Shown here in pieces: positions 29,338 to 32,000 of a stretch of DNA of 32,000 bases; positions within the stretch are counted from its first letter, which is position 1; each line of letters opens with the position of its first letter. The translations under genes and the position numbers were made by a program. The notes beneath the pieces were generated by a model. It made no database searches. It had not been told where the DNA came from and saw only the letters and a program-made list of their open reading frames with translations. This DNA is from Polynucleobacter necessarius (GTDB lineage: Bacteria; Pseudomonadota; Gammaproteobacteria; Burkholderiales; Burkholderiaceae): the NCBI RefSeq assembly GCF_900095195.1, contig NZ_LT606950.1, forward strand, positions 787,207 through 819,206. The letters run 5' to 3'.

Positions 29338-30056
29338 CTCGGCTCAAAGAACCTCCCTTAACCGCCATACAGTTTTACGCAACTGCACCCTACCCATGCA
29401 GTTCTCAAGTAGCCACACCATCGCACCTCATTCATGCTGATGTCTATAACGAGTTACTGAATGCGGGTTTTCGTCGGAGAGGTCTGTATACCTATCGCCC
29501 GTATTGCGATCACTGCAAAGTGTGTATCGCTACTCGGATTTTGGTTGACCAATTTCATCCAACCCGCAGTCAACGTCGCGCCTGGAAAAAACACAGTGGT
29601 CTCGAGGCATTTGTTCTGAATCTCGGATACCAAGAAGAGCACCACCAACTCTATCAACGCTATCAAACACAACGGCATGCTGGTGGCGATATGGACAACG
29701 ATGACCAAGATCAGTACATGCAATTTTTATTGCGAAGCCGGGTGAACTCCCGCATTGTTGAGTTTCGGGATGGGGCCCACGATCCGCATCCAGGACGGCT
29801 ACGCATGGTCAGCATGATTGACATTCTGGAGCAAGGCATCTCCTCGGTATATACCTTCTATGACAGCTTGGATTCCACCGCAAGCTTTGGTAACTACAGC
29901 ATTCTGTGGCAAATCGAGCAAGCGCGGGCTCTCAAACTTTCGTATTTCTATTTGGGCTACTACATTAAAGAGAGTGAAAAAATGTCGTACAAGGTGAATT
30001 TTCAGCCCATGGAAGGATTGCTTGACGATCATTGGCAACCATTGACTGGTTCATAA
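29334..30056 (+). CDS. bpt: arginyl-tRNA--protein transferase family (bacterial Bpt, aspartate/glutamate leucyltransferase); possible in-frame deletion
   Basis: 240-aa ORF with [42 protein letters not shown] and LGYYI. A 4-nt ATGA overlap couples it to aat. The segment after PCS looks about 8 residues short (see findings). Confidence 0.8.
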   Translation: MTRLKEPPLTAIQFYATAPYPCSSQVATPSHLIHADVYNELLNAGFRRRGLYTYRPYCDHCKVCIATRILVDQFHPTRSQRRAWKKHSGLEAFVLNLGYQEEHHQLYQRYQTQRHAGGDMDNDDQDQYMQFLLRSRVNSRIVEFRDGAHDPHPGRLRMVSMIDILEQGISSVYTFYDSLDSTASFGNYSILWQIEQARALKLSYFYLGYYIKESEKMSYKVNFQPMEGLLDDHWQPLTGS

Positions 30057-30065
30057 TAGCTATCC

Positions 30066-31136
30066 ATGATCGATCGCTATTCCCTCTTACGCCCCTGGCT
30101 CTTTTGCTTAGATCCCGAACAAGCGCATAACCTGACGCTCACGAACTTAGATCGAGCACGGCGCTGGGGATTTCTCAACAAGTTGGTTAGCAAACCGATT
30201 TCGGATCCGCAAACTCTGTGCGGCATCACCTTCCCCAATCCTGTTGGACTGGCAGCGGGCCTTGATAAAGATGGTAAGCATATTGATGCGCTGGCTGCGC
30301 TGGGTTTTGGTTTTCTAGAAATTGGCACCGTCACACCACGCCCTCAGCCAGGTAACGCAAAGCCTCGTATGTTTCGCCTGCCGCAAGCCCAAGCAATCAT
30401 TAACCGTATGGGCTTTAATAATGATGGTGTAAAGGCCTGTGTAGCCCGCGTTCGTCGGTCAGGATTTTGGCAAAACGGTGGTGTTCTTGGTTTAAATATC
30501 GGCAAAAACGCGACCACACCGATTGATGATGCAGCCAGTGATTACGTCATGGCCATGGATGCGGTCTATGACATCGCTACCTACATCACGGTTAACATCT
30601 CCTCCCCCAATACACAAAATCTCCGGGTCCTTCAAGGTGAAGATATGCTCCGTGATTTACTGCGTCAATTAGGTGATGCGCGAAATCGTTTAAGCGATCG
30701 CTTTGGAACGCGTAAGCCACTCTTTTTAAAGATTGCTCCCGACTTAGGTCAAGACGATGTTCATTTGATTGCCGATCTCCTGCTGGAGTTTGGTATTGAT
30801 GCCGTGATTGCTACAAACACCACGATCGCACGCGATGCTGTTCAAGGCATGGAATATGGCGAGGAAACAGGCGGACTCTCTGGTGCGCCCGTTCGCGCTG
30901 CATCCAATAAAGCCATTAGGGCTTTAAAAGCAAGACTAAAAGATCAACTTCCCATTATTGGTGTGGGCGGCATCATGAGTAGCGCTGACACTAGAGAAAA
31001 GATCATGGCGGGTGCAAGCCTAGTTCAACTCTATAGTGGACTGATTTATCGCGGCCCAGATCTTGTTAATGAGTGTGCCAAGGCGCTTAGACAGCCCATC
31101 CCAACGAAGAACCCTGAGCTCACTCGCCCTTGGTGA
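30066..31136 (+). CDS. pyrD: dihydroorotate dehydrogenase (quinone), class 2
   Basis: 356-aa ORF with [36 protein letters not shown] and GVGGI. Confidence 0.95.
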   Translation: MIDRYSLLRPWLFCLDPEQAHNLTLTNLDRARRWGFLNKLVSKPISDPQTLCGITFPNPVGLAAGLDKDGKHIDALAALGFGFLEIGTVTPRPQPGNAKPRMFRLPQAQAIINRMGFNNDGVKACVARVRRSGFWQNGGVLGLNIGKNATTPIDDAASDYVMAMDAVYDIATYITVNISSPNTQNLRVLQGEDMLRDLLRQLGDARNRLSDRFGTRKPLFLKIAPDLGQDDVHLIADLLLEFGIDAVIATNTTIARDAVQGMEYGEETGGLSGAPVRAASNKAIRALKARLKDQLPIIGVGGIMSSADTREKIMAGASLVQLYSGLIYRGPDLVNECAKALRQPIPTKNPELTRPW

Positions 31137-31234
31137 CGCCTGAGGGTTGCCCTAATTCCAAGCATATTGTCGGCGGTTCTATAAATGACGTTTCATAATA
31201 TGCAATACATCCTGAAATCGCTACAATATCGCCT

Positions 31235-32000
31235 ATGAGCACGGCCAAAACAGTCAAAACCACCAAAAATACTGGGGAAGTCGCCAAGACTGCCATCCAG
31301 GTGGTCGACCGTATGATGAATTTGCTCGATACCCTTGCCATACACGAAGAGTCGAGCAGCCTCAAGGCACTCGCTGAAGAAACGGGTCTCCACCCTTCTA
31401 CGGCTCACCGCATCCTCAATGGAATATGGTCCCTGCCGACTGGTTGAGCGTGGCGATGGTGGCCCTATAGACTGGGTTTAAAACTATTGGAGTTAGGCAA
31501 TCTTGTGAGAAAGCCCGCTTATCGGTTCGTGAAGCCGCTCAAGGTCCAATGCGCACCCTGCACAAGTTAACCGGTGAGACGGTTAATCTCTCAGTACGCC
31601 AAGGCGATGAAATTGTGTACATCGATCGCGCCTATAGCGAGCGTTCAGGCATGCAAGTGGTCCGCGCTATTGGAGGTCGCGCACCATTACATCTAACTTC
31701 CGTTGGAAAACTATTTCTGGCAAGCGACGATGCAAATCAGGTTCGCGCCCATGTGACTCGCACTGGCCTTTCTGGCCATACACGCAACAGCATTACCGAT
31801 TTAGCCAAACTCGAATCTGAACTGAAATCTGAACTGAATCATGTACGCAGAGTGGGGTAGCGCGCGAGACGATGAAGAGCTGGAGCTTGGCGTGAGTTGC
31901 TTGGCTGCATCCATCTTGGATGACACCGGCAAATTGGTAGCCGGCTTATCGCTTAGCGCCCCTACTGACCGTATTCAGGCAGATTGGTTGCGCTCCTTGC
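31235..32000 (+). pseudogene. IclR-family transcriptional regulator with at least 4 frame changes (continues past the window end)
   Basis: Recognisable pieces sit in different frames. They are ...SLKALAEETGLHPSTAHRILN, then LVERGDGGP, then YRLGLKLLELGNLV, then RLSVREAAQGPMRTLHKLTGETVNLSVRQGDEIVYIDR...GRAPLHLTSVGK...HVRRVG-stop, then ARDDEELELGVSCLAASILDDTGKLVAGLSLSAP. Confidence 0.8.
31816..31839 (+). repeat. 12-bp in-frame tandem duplication (TCTGAACTGAAA / TCTGAACTGAAT) inside the IclR pseudogene
   Basis: The two units are adjacent and 11/12 identical, encoding SELK-SELN. Confidence 0.6.

Noticed and set aside
31185-31196. An imperfect palindrome ATGA-CGTT-TCAT upstream of the IclR pseudogene, considered as an autoregulatory operator.
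   Set aside because: It has only 4-bp arms and the flanks do not extend the symmetry, so it is indistinguishable from chance. The regulator itself is dead.
1-32000. A search for mobile elements, integrases, toxin-antitoxin or defence systems, CRISPR arrays, tRNA or rRNA genes, and long direct or inverted repeats.
   Set aside because: I recognised none. All intergenic gaps are 145 nt or shorter and every sizeable ORF is accounted for by housekeeping or decayed accessory genes. Repeats below roughly 12 bp may have escaped detection by eye.

Overview
This window looks like betaproteobacterial (Burkholderiaceae-type) chromosomal DNA. Gene order, protein sequences and the moderate GC content by eye suggest a Polynucleobacter-like genome, but I cannot verify that without a database search. 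Positions 1-16982 carry one uninterrupted minus-strand housekeeping array: folC (partial), accD, trpA, trpB, trpF, truA, fimV (frameshifted), asd, leuB, leuD, a small entericidin-like lipoprotein, leuC, gltA, sdhE, sdhB, sdhA, sdhD, sdhC and a GntR/HutC-type regulator. A divergent mdh plus a small secreted protein (17120-18502) end at a bidirectional hairpin terminator. A DUF2863-like gene and yaaA follow on the minus strand (18559-20546). From 20626 to the window end the plus-strand stretch is heavily eroded, and 9 of 13 genes are visibly broken. The broken genes are a YbdL-like aminotransferase, a Nu-class GST, a 3-hydroxybutyryl-CoA dehydrogenase, a DUF3429 membrane protein, rarA, a DsbA-like HCCA isomerase, a pabB-pabC fusion, a Nudix hydrolase and an IclR regulator. 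The apparently intact genes there are ppiA, aat, bpt (with a suspicious in-frame deletion) and pyrD. The most striking structure is a 1,034-bp inversion (21298-22331) whose breakpoints lie inside the aminotransferase and the GST, at a 5-bp inverted microhomology. I saw no IS element, transposase, integrase, phage gene, CRISPR array, tRNA or rRNA. I do not see a novel multi-gene system such as a defence island. The interesting biology is IS-free genome decay with a deletion-biased lesion spectrum, plus a few candidate regulatory structures around the sdh and mdh promoters. All family assignments come from motif recognition by eye, not from searches.
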